From Candidatus Peregrinibacteria bacterium (GTDB lineage Bacteria; Patescibacteriota; Gracilibacteria; Peribacterales; Peribacteraceae), in the NCBI GenBank assembly GCA_016196225.1, contig JACPXZ010000029.1, positions 24,849 through 88,848 of the forward strand: 64,000 nucleotides of DNA, given 5' to 3'. Positions within the stretch are counted from its first letter, which is position 1, and each line of letters opens with the position of its first letter. Under the pieces are notes generated by a model. It was not told the DNA's origin, made no database searches, and worked only from the letters and a program-made list of their open reading frames with translations. Positions 45,865 through 54,028 of the stretch are shown here, one piece after another. A program made the translations under genes and the position numbers.

Positions 45865-46732
45865 TGATGTTGGCACCCTCCTCGTGGTGGGAGACCAATT
45901 TGTGCTCGATACGTCCTTCCTCTGCCGCCGTTTCGATGATGATGGATCCAAATCCGAGGAGATAGCTCATAATCCCGACGTGGCGCGGTTTGACGTTGAG
46001 AATGGCGCGAAAACTTATTTGATTGGTATTGCGTCCGAGGAGATGCCAGTTCTGGAAGATAAGGCGTTTGTTAGTTACATAGATCACGTCGTATCGATAA
46101 TCGAGCCAGGCCTTCCAGAGGAAAATAAGTGCGAACAGGAGAAGGGTGACTCCAATGGATGTACGGATGGTGCTCGGAGGGAAGGTGAGGAAAACCAATA
46201 GTCCTGCTGAGGTTGCGATCAGTGGCGGGACCAGACCGAAAAGCAAAAACAGCGGATGGCGGGCAATGACATGTTCGATGGATTCTCCCTCAAATAGCCC
46301 CACTTCGTCCCGAATTTTTTGGTCTTGTCCGCTTGCTGCAGCCGCTTCGATGCGGCTGACTTTCAGTAAGCGAATGAGACGTGTCATCCGCAGAACGCGC
46401 AGGTACTGTGTATCGAGCAGGCCCATATAAAACGGGAGAATGGAAAAGAGGTCGATGATACCGAAGAAGGATATGAGATAAACCAGCGGTCGGGGCGCTG
46501 TGTAGATGCGCAGGATGTACTCGATGGTAAAGAAGATCGTTACGATGATTTCGATAACGGCAATGGTAAAGTGAAATTCTTTGAAAAATGTCAGTAATTC
46601 GAGCGGGAGAATCGCGATAGACAAGATGATCAGACCGATTAGTCCTATCGTAAAAAGACGTCCCAATCGCCCCTTCCCGTGTTGAAGAATATCCCATAGT
46701 TGATCCCGCAGAAGCGATCGGTTTCCAAACAT
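45827..46732 (-). CDS. Voltage-sensor-domain (S1-S4) protein lacking a pore, fused to a 2-TM + bacterial PH (bPH_2/YdbS-like) module
   Basis: S2 is FTIAVIEIIVTIFFTIEYILRIY, S3 is FFGIIDLFSILPFYMGL and S4 is LRVLRMTRLIRLLKVSR. There is no GYG-type filter. Two TM segments follow, then ..YRYDVIYVTNKRLIFQNWHLLGR..FGSIIIETAAEEG. Confidence 0.75.
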   Translation of the reverse strand: MFGNRSLLRDQLWDILQHGKGRLGRLFTIGLIGLIILSIAILPLELLTFFKEFHFTIAVIEIIVTIFFTIEYILRIYTAPRPLVYLISFFGIIDLFSILPFYMGLLDTQYLRVLRMTRLIRLLKVSRIEAAAASGQDQKIRDEVGLFEGESIEHVIARHPLFLLFGLVPPLIATSAGLLVFLTFPPSTIRTSIGVTLLLFALIFLWKAWLDYRYDVIYVTNKRLIFQNWHLLGRNTNQISFRAILNVKPRHVGIMSYLLGFGSIIIETAAEEGRIEHKLVSHHEEGANIIMQKSLAERQAP

Positions 46733-46738
46733 GTGAGG

Positions 46739-47737
46739 TCACTCTACCGCAGAGAAACGATCGGCGACAGATCGGGCGTATGCGTCGGTCATGCCGGCGA
46801 CAAAATCTTTGACGGCCTCGAGGCGCGTGCTTTCGCTCCGCTCCTCAAGGGCATGTATTTTTGGAGACGGGGTTTCCATAAACCATTCGCAAAGTTTTGT
46901 GATCAGCATTGCCCCCTCCTGCGTTTTGGTTTTGACAACCGGATTATCGTAGAGATGTTCCCAAAAGAAGGCGCGGATCATGTCGAGAGAGGCGCGGAGG
47001 GGGGTCGAGAAGATGATCGTATCCTTTGTCGAAGAAGAGCAGAGGTCGTCGATGCAGTGCGTGATGATTGCGCCCCGGAGGGATGTCCCGCGGCGGGCAC
47101 GCGATTCATGGAGATCCCGGAGAAGGGGAATGGTCGTCAGATCCTCGATCGAAAATAATTTTTGATCCATACCGTCTTCGCAGTCATGGGCAATGTAGGC
47201 GATTTCGTCGGCGAGATTGACGATTTGGGCTTCGAGTGAGAGAGGATGACCGGTATGTTTTTGTAGGCCGAGAAGGATTTCGCGGTTAAGGTTGAGACCG
47301 GGATACTCCGAGCTGTGTGTTTCGAGGACGGTGACAATACGCAGAGATTGTTCGTTATGTTCAAAGTGTCCTCCGTATCGGCGCATCCATGTATTGAGCG
47401 CTGATTCTCCCATGTGTCCAAAAGGAGGGTGTCCAAGATCATGCGCGAGAGCGATGCATTCACAGAGGTCTTCGTTGAGACCGAGAAAGCGGGCAAGATT
47501 GCGACTGATGCCCGCGACATCAAGGGTATGGGTCAGGCGTGTCCGATAATGGTCATCCTGCCCGGTGACAAAGACCTGCGTTTTTCCTTGTAATCGTCGG
47601 AATGCTTGAGTGGAGATGATCCGGTCCCGGTCGCGTTGAAAAGGGAGGCGAAAAATATCATCGGGCTCTTCGATAATGCGTCCAAGAATACCGCGAGCGG
47701 GTGTTGCGGAATCGAAAAGAAATTTTTCTTTCTGCAT
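46739..47737 (-). CDS. dgt: dGTP triphosphohydrolase-like HD-domain protein
   Basis: The sequence reads ..FQRDRDRIISTQAFRRLQGKTQVF..YRTRLTHTLDVAGISR..ALAHDLGHPPFGHMGE. Confidence 0.88.
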   Translation of the reverse strand: MQKEKFLFDSATPARGILGRIIEEPDDIFRLPFQRDRDRIISTQAFRRLQGKTQVFVTGQDDHYRTRLTHTLDVAGISRNLARFLGLNEDLCECIALAHDLGHPPFGHMGESALNTWMRRYGGHFEHNEQSLRIVTVLETHSSEYPGLNLNREILLGLQKHTGHPLSLEAQIVNLADEIAYIAHDCEDGMDQKLFSIEDLTTIPLLRDLHESRARRGTSLRGAIITHCIDDLCSSSTKDTIIFSTPLRASLDMIRAFFWEHLYDNPVVKTKTQEGAMLITKLCEWFMETPSPKIHALEERSESTRLEAVKDFVAGMTDAYARSVADRFSAVE

Positions 47738-47871
47738 GTGATTCAGTATACTCGTGAGCGTCTAAGCGATCCGTGAGAGTAGTCACGTTTATCCTCAACG
47801 CTTACGAGGGAGGCCTAATCTCCATTGACCATTGGTCTCTGGATGCGGTCACCCACCTGGAGACACCAGGA

Positions 47872-48669
47872 TTAAGCGTCCCTACTCAACGGTCGCTTGG
47901 CAAACAACAATGTTGGGATCTGGCTGATGACGTCTCTTGTGGTGTACGCATACCCTTTTTGTGCATAGAGGAGTTCGCCTGCTTTTTTGATCGTGCGTGA
48001 GGCGAGGATGGCAGCTTCAAATGGTTCCATCTTTTGGGCGATAAGGCCGGCGATAAGGCCGGCAAGCGCGTCGCCGGTGCCGCCGACGGTGAGGCCGGCG
48101 TTGCCACCGGCAATTGTTTGGACCCTTCCATCAGGACTGACGACCGTATCATCGGGTCCTTTTAACAGGATCACTGCGCCGGATTCTTGAGCAGCATGTT
48201 TGAGGTCTTTTTGGGGACATCCCATGCGTTCCAACTCTCCGAGATGCGGGGTCAGTACTGTCTTTTTGCCTTTTACATGTCTTAATGTTTTTGGTTGGAG
48301 AGCAGTGGCATCCAAAACAAGTGAACAAGAAGATGCGCCGATGATATCCTGTACGGTTTTTATATTCTCTTTTCCGTGGGCAATACCAGGTCCGATAACG
48401 GCGATGTCCATCGTGGCGAGGATATTGAGAATGGTGTCGATGTGTTCCTCTTGGATACTTTCTCCGTTAAGAGGGATCACTTGAAAATTAAGAGAAGTTT
48501 CCTTGGCAACGTTTTCGTGCCAATCCGGCAGAAGAACGTAGATGAGATCAACGCCGGAGGCCTCCGCTGCCAATGCAGAGAATAATGGTGCGCCATGCTG
48601 ATGGCGGGAACCTCCAACCACCGCAACCTTTCCATTATCACCTTTGTGCGAATGAGGATCGCGATTCAT
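47872..48669 (-). CDS. nnrD: ADP-dependent NAD(P)H-hydrate dehydratase (YjeF C-terminal type)
   Basis: The sequence reads HKGDNGKVAVVGGS..GAPLFSALAAEASG..TPHLGELERM..GGTGDALAGLIAGLIAQ. Confidence 0.85.
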   Translation of the reverse strand: MNRDPHSHKGDNGKVAVVGGSRHQHGAPLFSALAAEASGVDLIYVLLPDWHENVAKETSLNFQVIPLNGESIQEEHIDTILNILATMDIAVIGPGIAHGKENIKTVQDIIGASSCSLVLDATALQPKTLRHVKGKKTVLTPHLGELERMGCPQKDLKHAAQESGAVILLKGPDDTVVSPDGRVQTIAGGNAGLTVGGTGDALAGLIAGLIAQKMEPFEAAILASRTIKKAGELLYAQKGYAYTTRDVISQIPTLLFAKRPLSRDA

Positions 48670-49762
48670 GCATGGATTGTACTATATGATCGATCTTTTC
48701 CCGGAATTTCTGCGCCGAAAAATTCCGCGCATGATGTTGGATGATTGAGGGATCAAACTGGATCTGCCCGAATCGGTGAAGGGCATCTTTGAGGGACGCA
48801 ATCGTTTGTTCCTGGAAAAATAATCCCGTTTGACCGTCGATAATGGTGTCGAGTGCTCCTCCTTTGCGATAGGCAATCACGGGAGTACCGCATGCTTGTG
48901 CTTCCAGGGGGACGACTCCGGCGTCCTCGAATGGGGGAAAGAGGAGGGCCTTTGCACCCGCGTAGAGTACGGGCAGATCCGTATCCGGAATATGTCCAAG
49001 AAATTCCACGGTTGGTCCTGCCAGCGCCCTCAATCGTTTTTCTTCCCGTCCTTCCCCGACAATTTTTAGATGCAGGTTGAGCGCATTCGCTGCGTGGATG
49101 AGCAGGTCAAATCGCTTATACGGTACCAATCGTCCTACGGCGAGATAGTAAGGAATTTTCCGTTCGATATTCTGCATTTGATTATCGTATGCGAAGAATT
49201 GCTCATCCACTGGTGGATGAATAATCACACTTTTCCGGTTATAAATTCGTTGAATGCGCTCTGCAGTTATTGAAGAATTTGCAATGAAAACGTCCGTACG
49301 TTTAGCGGTGGTAAGATCCCATCGCCGGATTTTTTTGAGCATTGCCCTTGCGATCGGTTTGCCTATATTCGGAATGCTGAAGTCATCGAGATATTGTTCC
49401 TCCATTTCCCATGCGTATCGCATGGGAGTGTGGCAATACGTAAGATGCTGGGCGTGGGATGGAGGGATAATGCCTTTCGCGATGGCATGGGAAGAGCTGA
49501 TAATGATGTCGTAGGGAGCAAGATCAATATTTTCCACCGCATGCGGGAGGAGTGGAAGAAGCAGTTGATGGCTATGGAGTAGACGATAGAAAGATTGCAA
49601 ACGGGTTGTCTCGATAGGGTGATCGAAAAATTTTTGGATAGGAGAGCCGCTTGCGACCGTCGTAAAAAGATGAGCATACGGGTAGATACGGAGGAGCTCG
49701 CGCACAACGTGCTCGGCACCACCGATCGTCGTCAACCAATCTGCCACAATGGCAATGCGCAT
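48638..49762 (-). CDS. Glycosyltransferase family 4 (GT-B)
   Basis: The sequence reads MRIAIVADWLTTIGGAEHVV..FPPFEDAGVVPLEAQACGTPVIAYRKGGALDTI. Confidence 0.85.
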   Translation of the reverse strand: MRIAIVADWLTTIGGAEHVVRELLRIYPYAHLFTTVASGSPIQKFFDHPIETTRLQSFYRLLHSHQLLLPLLPHAVENIDLAPYDIIISSSHAIAKGIIPPSHAQHLTYCHTPMRYAWEMEEQYLDDFSIPNIGKPIARAMLKKIRRWDLTTAKRTDVFIANSSITAERIQRIYNRKSVIIHPPVDEQFFAYDNQMQNIERKIPYYLAVGRLVPYKRFDLLIHAANALNLHLKIVGEGREEKRLRALAGPTVEFLGHIPDTDLPVLYAGAKALLFPPFEDAGVVPLEAQACGTPVIAYRKGGALDTIIDGQTGLFFQEQTIASLKDALHRFGQIQFDPSIIQHHARNFSAQKFREKIDHIVQSMHESRSSFAQR

Positions 49763-49807
49763 ATACGCAAGCGTACTCGATTCCTGTGTTATTCTCACGT
49801 TGTCCTT

Positions 49808-50731
49808 ATGACCTTACAGTCCCCGCAACCTCTACCGGCACGATTCCGCAGAGGCACGGGGCCTCTGACGCGGCGTATTGTCGAAAAAAATCATCCGTTT
49901 TCATGGCAATATCGTTCTGAACGCTGGGGACGGATCTTGGGAAGGCTGAAGGCTCAAATGCGGGGACTCAAGCGGTATTTCTGGATAGTCCTTTCGGGGC
50001 TCATGCTGATTGCCACGATAGGGACAGGGGGGATCATCTTTTTTTCGTCAGTGTTTTATGTGAGCGAAATTCGGGTGCATCGCAGTGATCTGCGTATGGA
50101 TATGGAACTCATTGAGCGGATCCTTCAGCCATTTTTCGGTCGACATCTCTTTTTTGTTCACTCATCAGAGTTGGAGACTCTTTTGAAGAATACGGTTCCG
50201 GATATCGATCGTGCTACTCTCACTAAAGAATACCCGAATCGTCTGGCAGTGAATGTTACCGTACGACCGCTTACCGCTCGTTTAATTCTTACAACGGTAG
50301 ACAACGACAAACATCGCTCCACTCAAACGGGAGGTACGTTGCAGGATTTTCTGACGGAGGACGGACGATATGTGCAGTACCGCGATGGGCAAGTCCCGGA
50401 TATTTCGGGGTTACCAATGATCCATCTTGTTGATTGGGGGATCAAACCAAAACCCGGTCGATTCCTTTTGGAGTCGAATTTTTTGCAACAGATGAGAGAA
50501 GCGGAGGAGATATTACGAGAGCGTTTTGGACGCAATGTCCGCACACGTACGGTTTTTTTACGTGCGCGGGAATTTCATATGACAGTGGATAAATACACGT
50601 TATGGTTTGATGGACAGAGCCCTCTCGCGGATCAATTTGGACGCTACACGCTTTTTCTTAAAACCGTCGGAGGTGAAACGGCATGGCAAGACATTGATTT
50701 ACGGCTCCGCGATCGAGTGGTATATCGCTAG
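49808..50731 (+). CDS. ftsQ: FtsQ/DivIB-like cell division protein (TM + POTRA)
   Basis: It has a TM segment (YFWIVLSGLMLIATIGTGGIIFF) and a POTRA-like block VSEIRVHRSDLRMDMELIERIL..FFVHSSELETLL..IDRATLTKEYPNRLAVNVTVRP. Confidence 0.65.
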   Translation: MTLQSPQPLPARFRRGTGPLTRRIVEKNHPFSWQYRSERWGRILGRLKAQMRGLKRYFWIVLSGLMLIATIGTGGIIFFSSVFYVSEIRVHRSDLRMDMELIERILQPFFGRHLFFVHSSELETLLKNTVPDIDRATLTKEYPNRLAVNVTVRPLTARLILTTVDNDKHRSTQTGGTLQDFLTEDGRYVQYRDGQVPDISGLPMIHLVDWGIKPKPGRFLLESNFLQQMREAEEILRERFGRNVRTRTVFLRAREFHMTVDKYTLWFDGQSPLADQFGRYTLFLKTVGGETAWQDIDLRLRDRVVYR

Positions 50732-50764
50732 GTCCTGATTTATAATGCCACCTTCCATTGTTTT

Positions 50765-51634
50765 ATGGTTGATTCTCTCTTGTCCGTTTTATTGATGGGA
50801 TTATTCCCTCTGCAAAGTGGGGTAAGGAGTACCGTGTCTCTCGAGCCCATGGAGATTGCTGTGGCGTCTCCGTATGTATATGAGATAAAAAAGAACGTTG
50901 ATCAATCCGGGTTGGCATCGGTATCGGCATCGGGGGTGCTCGTTTGGAATTTAACGAGCGGGCAGCGTTTGCATGAATATGCATCAGCTATTCCGCGTCC
51001 AATGGCAAGTTTGACGAAGCTCATGACTGCTCTGATTATTGCCGAAAATCACCCATTGGATGAATGGGGGACTGTCCCGGAACATATCGGGAATGTGGTA
51101 GGGAATACGGCATATCTTCCTCCGAGCGGGGTATTCACGATCGGAGATCTTTTATCGGCTCTTCTTGTCCAATCGGGGAATGACGCAGCATACACACTGG
51201 CGTTACTGCATAGTGGAAGTGAAGCAAAATTTGTGGATGAAATGAACACTCGTGCAAAGGAATTGGGATTACGGAATACTTCTTTTGCAAATGCCACAGG
51301 TTTGGATGCTTCGAATCATTGGTCTACACCGGAGGATCTGGCGTGGCTTGCGATGCATGTGCTCAGGAATCCTATTTTGCGGAATCGTATGAGTATGCGC
51401 GGGGTGCGGATTGTCAGTCGCAGTGGGAATATCATTTATCTCACTCATACGAATGCATTGATGCACGCCAATGTGGGGGTAATTGCGGGGAAAACCGGGA
51501 CGACAGGAGCCGCCCGTGAATGCCTTTTTTCGGTCGTGGAAAAAAATGGAAAAGAGTATGGAGTTGTCCTTTTACACTCTTTAGATCGGTATGCTGATAT
51601 GCGCAGAATCCTTGCGGTATTGGATACGTTGTAG
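50765..51634 (+). CDS. D-alanyl-D-alanine carboxypeptidase (peptidase S11, PBP5-like)
   Basis: The three motifs are present: SLTK, SGN and KTGTT. Confidence 0.85.
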   Translation: MVDSLLSVLLMGLFPLQSGVRSTVSLEPMEIAVASPYVYEIKKNVDQSGLASVSASGVLVWNLTSGQRLHEYASAIPRPMASLTKLMTALIIAENHPLDEWGTVPEHIGNVVGNTAYLPPSGVFTIGDLLSALLVQSGNDAAYTLALLHSGSEAKFVDEMNTRAKELGLRNTSFANATGLDASNHWSTPEDLAWLAMHVLRNPILRNRMSMRGVRIVSRSGNIIYLTHTNALMHANVGVIAGKTGTTGAARECLFSVVEKNGKEYGVVLLHSLDRYADMRRILAVLDTL

Positions 51635-51668
51635 GTTTTTTTTATCGGCATGAGTTCTTTCCGTCTCT

Positions 51669-52652
51669 ATGATGCATACTCCTCGTCATTGGCTGCAGAT
51701 TCGAATCCGTTGTTTATGTATCGGACTGGGATTTTTGGGGGCGGTTCTTCCTCCGTATATTCCCCCTTCGGCGGTAGCACTGCAGGATATGCTTATCGAA
51801 ACGCCGCAGTTTTTGCTCGTGGAGGAAGGTTTTTTGATGAAGCCATCATCACTCACGCGACAAGGGGCCCGTCGAGCGTATGCCGAAGGTATCATTCATA
51901 CGGTGGGAGAAGGGGATAGTATTGAGCGTATCGCGGAGCGTTATGGAATTGCAGCAGATACGATCCGATGGACCAATGTCTTGAGCAACAAGGGCATAAA
52001 TCCCGGTGATGAACTGTTAATTTTGCCGGTAGATGGAGTGATGCATACCGTTCATCGCGGACAAACGCTGATACAAATTGCAGAGCTCTACTCGGTCCCT
52101 GCGCGCGATATTGTGAGCCAAAATAAACTCAAAGATGGTTTGATCCTTATAGGGCAGGAATTGATTATTCCCGGGGGGCGTCCGGTGATTGTGGCATCCG
52201 CAAAGACGGTGGATAACAAGAAGACATCAGGAGGCACATCGACCAAAGGGATTCCTGTTACGGAAGTATCACCAACCGCTGGCGTGCTACAAAAACCTTG
52301 CAATAATTGTACGTATACGCAGTACTTCCATCCGGGGCATTACGCGGTGGATATGCAAACCAAAGGCGGCGGTCCGGTATTCGTCGCAGAAGACGGAGTG
52401 GTGATACGGGCGGAGGAGGGGTGGAACGGGGGCTATGGCAATGTGATAGAGGTTGACCACGGGAACGGACTGACGACACTCTACGCCCATAACAAGGAGC
52501 ATTTTGTAAAGATCGGAGACCGGATAAAGCGGGGACAGGTGATCGCGTGGATGGGGAACACGGGTCGCACGTACGGGCAGACGGGGATTCATGTCCATTT
52601 CGAGGTCCATGTAAATGGAGTGAAGCGGAACCCCCTTTTGTATCTTGATTAA
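51669..52652 (+). CDS. LysM-domain M23 peptidase
   Basis: It has two LysM repeats (HTVGEGDSIERIAERYGI..; HTVHRGQTLIQIAELYSV..) and M23 blocks HYAVDM..GNVIEVDHGNGLTTLYAH..GIHVHFEV. Confidence 0.88.
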   Translation: MMHTPRHWLQIRIRCLCIGLGFLGAVLPPYIPPSAVALQDMLIETPQFLLVEEGFLMKPSSLTRQGARRAYAEGIIHTVGEGDSIERIAERYGIAADTIRWTNVLSNKGINPGDELLILPVDGVMHTVHRGQTLIQIAELYSVPARDIVSQNKLKDGLILIGQELIIPGGRPVIVASAKTVDNKKTSGGTSTKGIPVTEVSPTAGVLQKPCNNCTYTQYFHPGHYAVDMQTKGGGPVFVAEDGVVIRAEEGWNGGYGNVIEVDHGNGLTTLYAHNKEHFVKIGDRIKRGQVIAWMGNTGRTYGQTGIHVHFEVHVNGVKRNPLLYLD

Positions 52653-52721
52653 GAAATTCGCTATCTCGACAAAGATCCCGACAAAGATTGCAAAACTTTT
52701 TTTTAATTTTGTAGTATTCTC

Positions 52722-52751
52722 ATACATCAATTAATTGATTAATTGATGTAT
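52722..52751. repeat. 30-bp AT-rich palindrome (14-bp arms, 2-bp centre)
   Basis: The sequence is ATACATCAATTAAT-TG-ATTAATTGATGTAT. Confidence 0.9.
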
Positions 52752-52811
52752 TTAAAGAATTTGTTTAATTAGTGCCATTTTATTAATGCCAGTGTGTCCG
52801 TTGTTTTAATA

Positions 52812-52839
52812 TTGATTAAAAGTATTTATATGTTATAAT
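52812..52839 (+). promoter_or_regulatory. Near-consensus sigma-70-type promoter upstream of a small ORF and tRNA-Asp
   Basis: The elements are TTGATT-16 nt-(tgt)TATAAT. Confidence 0.45.
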
Positions 52840-52862
52840 GGTAAATAGATACCAATACCTCC

Positions 52863-52973
52863 ATGCGCTTTTCTCTCGAAATCCGCCGCGAACTTATTGT
52901 TGTTGGGTGTGCGTGGGGGGTGATCGGGGGGGTGTTTGTGATTCTGGCACACGTGCTGGCGGCGAGTTTTTAA
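52863..52973 (+). CDS. Possible small hydrophobic peptide (36 aa)
   Basis: The peptide is MRFSLEIRRELIVVGCAWGVIGGVFVILAHVLAASF, with one predicted TM segment. It lies downstream of the promoter above and has no SD. It falls below the ORF-track length cut-off and is speculative. Confidence 0.25.
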   Translation: MRFSLEIRRELIVVGCAWGVIGGVFVILAHVLAASF

Positions 52974-53049
52974 GAGAAGGGCTGGACAGGTAAATGCCGG
53001 GAAATTGTTGTATTGAGTGGCGTTCCCTTTTATTCTCTCTATCACACAC

Positions 53050-53127
53050 GGGGTTGTAGCTCAGCTGGTTTAGAGCGCTCGCCTGTCACGCGAGAGGTCG
53101 CGGGTTCAAGTCCCGTCAGCCCCGCCA
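53050..53127 (+). tRNA. tRNA-Asp (anticodon GUC), CCA encoded
   Basis: A manual cloverleaf fits: GGGGUUG-UA-GCUC-AGCUGGUUUA-GAGC-G-CUCGC-CUGUCAC-GCGAG-AGGUC-GCGGG-UUCAAGU-CCCGU-CAGCCCC-G-CCA. Confidence 0.95.
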
Positions 53128-54018
53128 TTATTTCTCCCGCTCATCAATCTTGATCAGTCCCCCAATGTAGGGTTCGTGGAAGCGGCGATAGGCCGATTCG
53201 CGCAGGCGTTCTTCGCTGGATTCATCTGCAGGATCCCACTTGCGCAAAATTTCGATATTGCCTTCGTTTGGGTAGATGACAAGTTCATCCGGGTCGGCAT
53301 CGCGCAGAGAGGAAGTCAGACGGACACGTTTGCTGGTTTCACCAATAAAGATGCGGACGGATTTTTCACCGTGTCGGGCTTTATTTTGGAGTTCCGCCCA
53401 CGTTTTTTTGGGATTCTTGGTAAAGGTCACGAGGTTCCCAAAGCGATCCACGTAAGCAAGTTCCCACTGGTCTTCCGGATAATCCGGAATTGCATCGAGA
53501 GAGTCTTTATCGAGGGAGAGACCATGGTCGTTGCGCAGGAGCCATGCCGCGTAACTGGAACGAAACTGTTCGGTGGGGGAGTAGAGATTATTTTTGGTAT
53601 TGGGGAGGTGAGCGAGGGACTCAATTTTTTCTTTGACCGAAGCAAGAGCCGAAAGATCGGTCGTCACGATCCGAATATTTTTTGCAGTCGCGACGTAAAA
53701 CGGAATTCCGTTTTGTTTCCCGGTACGCGGAGCGGCATTAATGAAAATACCGGTCGTGGTTTTCCGGAATTCTTTTTTAATCGATGATGAAAGATAATCC
53801 GCAGAATCGATTTCTGCATGGAGTTGCATAATAAGGCGCAGAATATGTGCGGTGATCTTTTCACGACCGTAGATGTCAAAGTCACGGTCTTGTTCGTATA
53901 GAGGAAAAGAGCGGAAGTCTGTGGAGATACGCGCATCGGCATCATCTTGGAGAGGTGAGGTGCTTTGACCGTACGTATCGGAGAATTTATAGATGCGCCG
54001 GAGAGGGAAATCGCTCAT
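53128..54018 (-). CDS. Hypothetical protein, distant resemblance to the SAM hydrolase/halogenase family (DUF62)
   Basis: The sequence reads ..GIFINAAPRTG.. and ..AYVDRFGNLVTF.. (compare the DDFGN motif), then ..DELVIYPNEGNIEIL... I chose ATG 54018, which lies downstream of the gatA stop. Confidence 0.4.
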   Translation of the reverse strand: MSDFPLRRIYKFSDTYGQSTSPLQDDADARISTDFRSFPLYEQDRDFDIYGREKITAHILRLIMQLHAEIDSADYLSSSIKKEFRKTTTGIFINAAPRTGKQNGIPFYVATAKNIRIVTTDLSALASVKEKIESLAHLPNTKNNLYSPTEQFRSSYAAWLLRNDHGLSLDKDSLDAIPDYPEDQWELAYVDRFGNLVTFTKNPKKTWAELQNKARHGEKSVRIFIGETSKRVRLTSSLRDADPDELVIYPNEGNIEILRKWDPADESSEERLRESAYRRFHEPYIGGLIKIDEREK

Positions 54019-54028
54019 TGGGATATCA

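Noticed and set aside
47738-47871. A possible small RNA (SRP, 6S or similar) in the 134-bp nnrD-dgt spacer.
   Set aside because: Only one modest hairpin (about 47838-47868) is present. I could recognise no conserved SRP, tmRNA or 6S motifs. The spacer is more simply read as a 3' hairpin for nnrD plus the dgt -10 element.
52833-53045. A 70-aa minus-strand ORF upstream of tRNA-Asp.
   Set aside because: It is Pro/His/Asn-rich and runs antisense through a good plus-strand promoter. It has no supporting signals.
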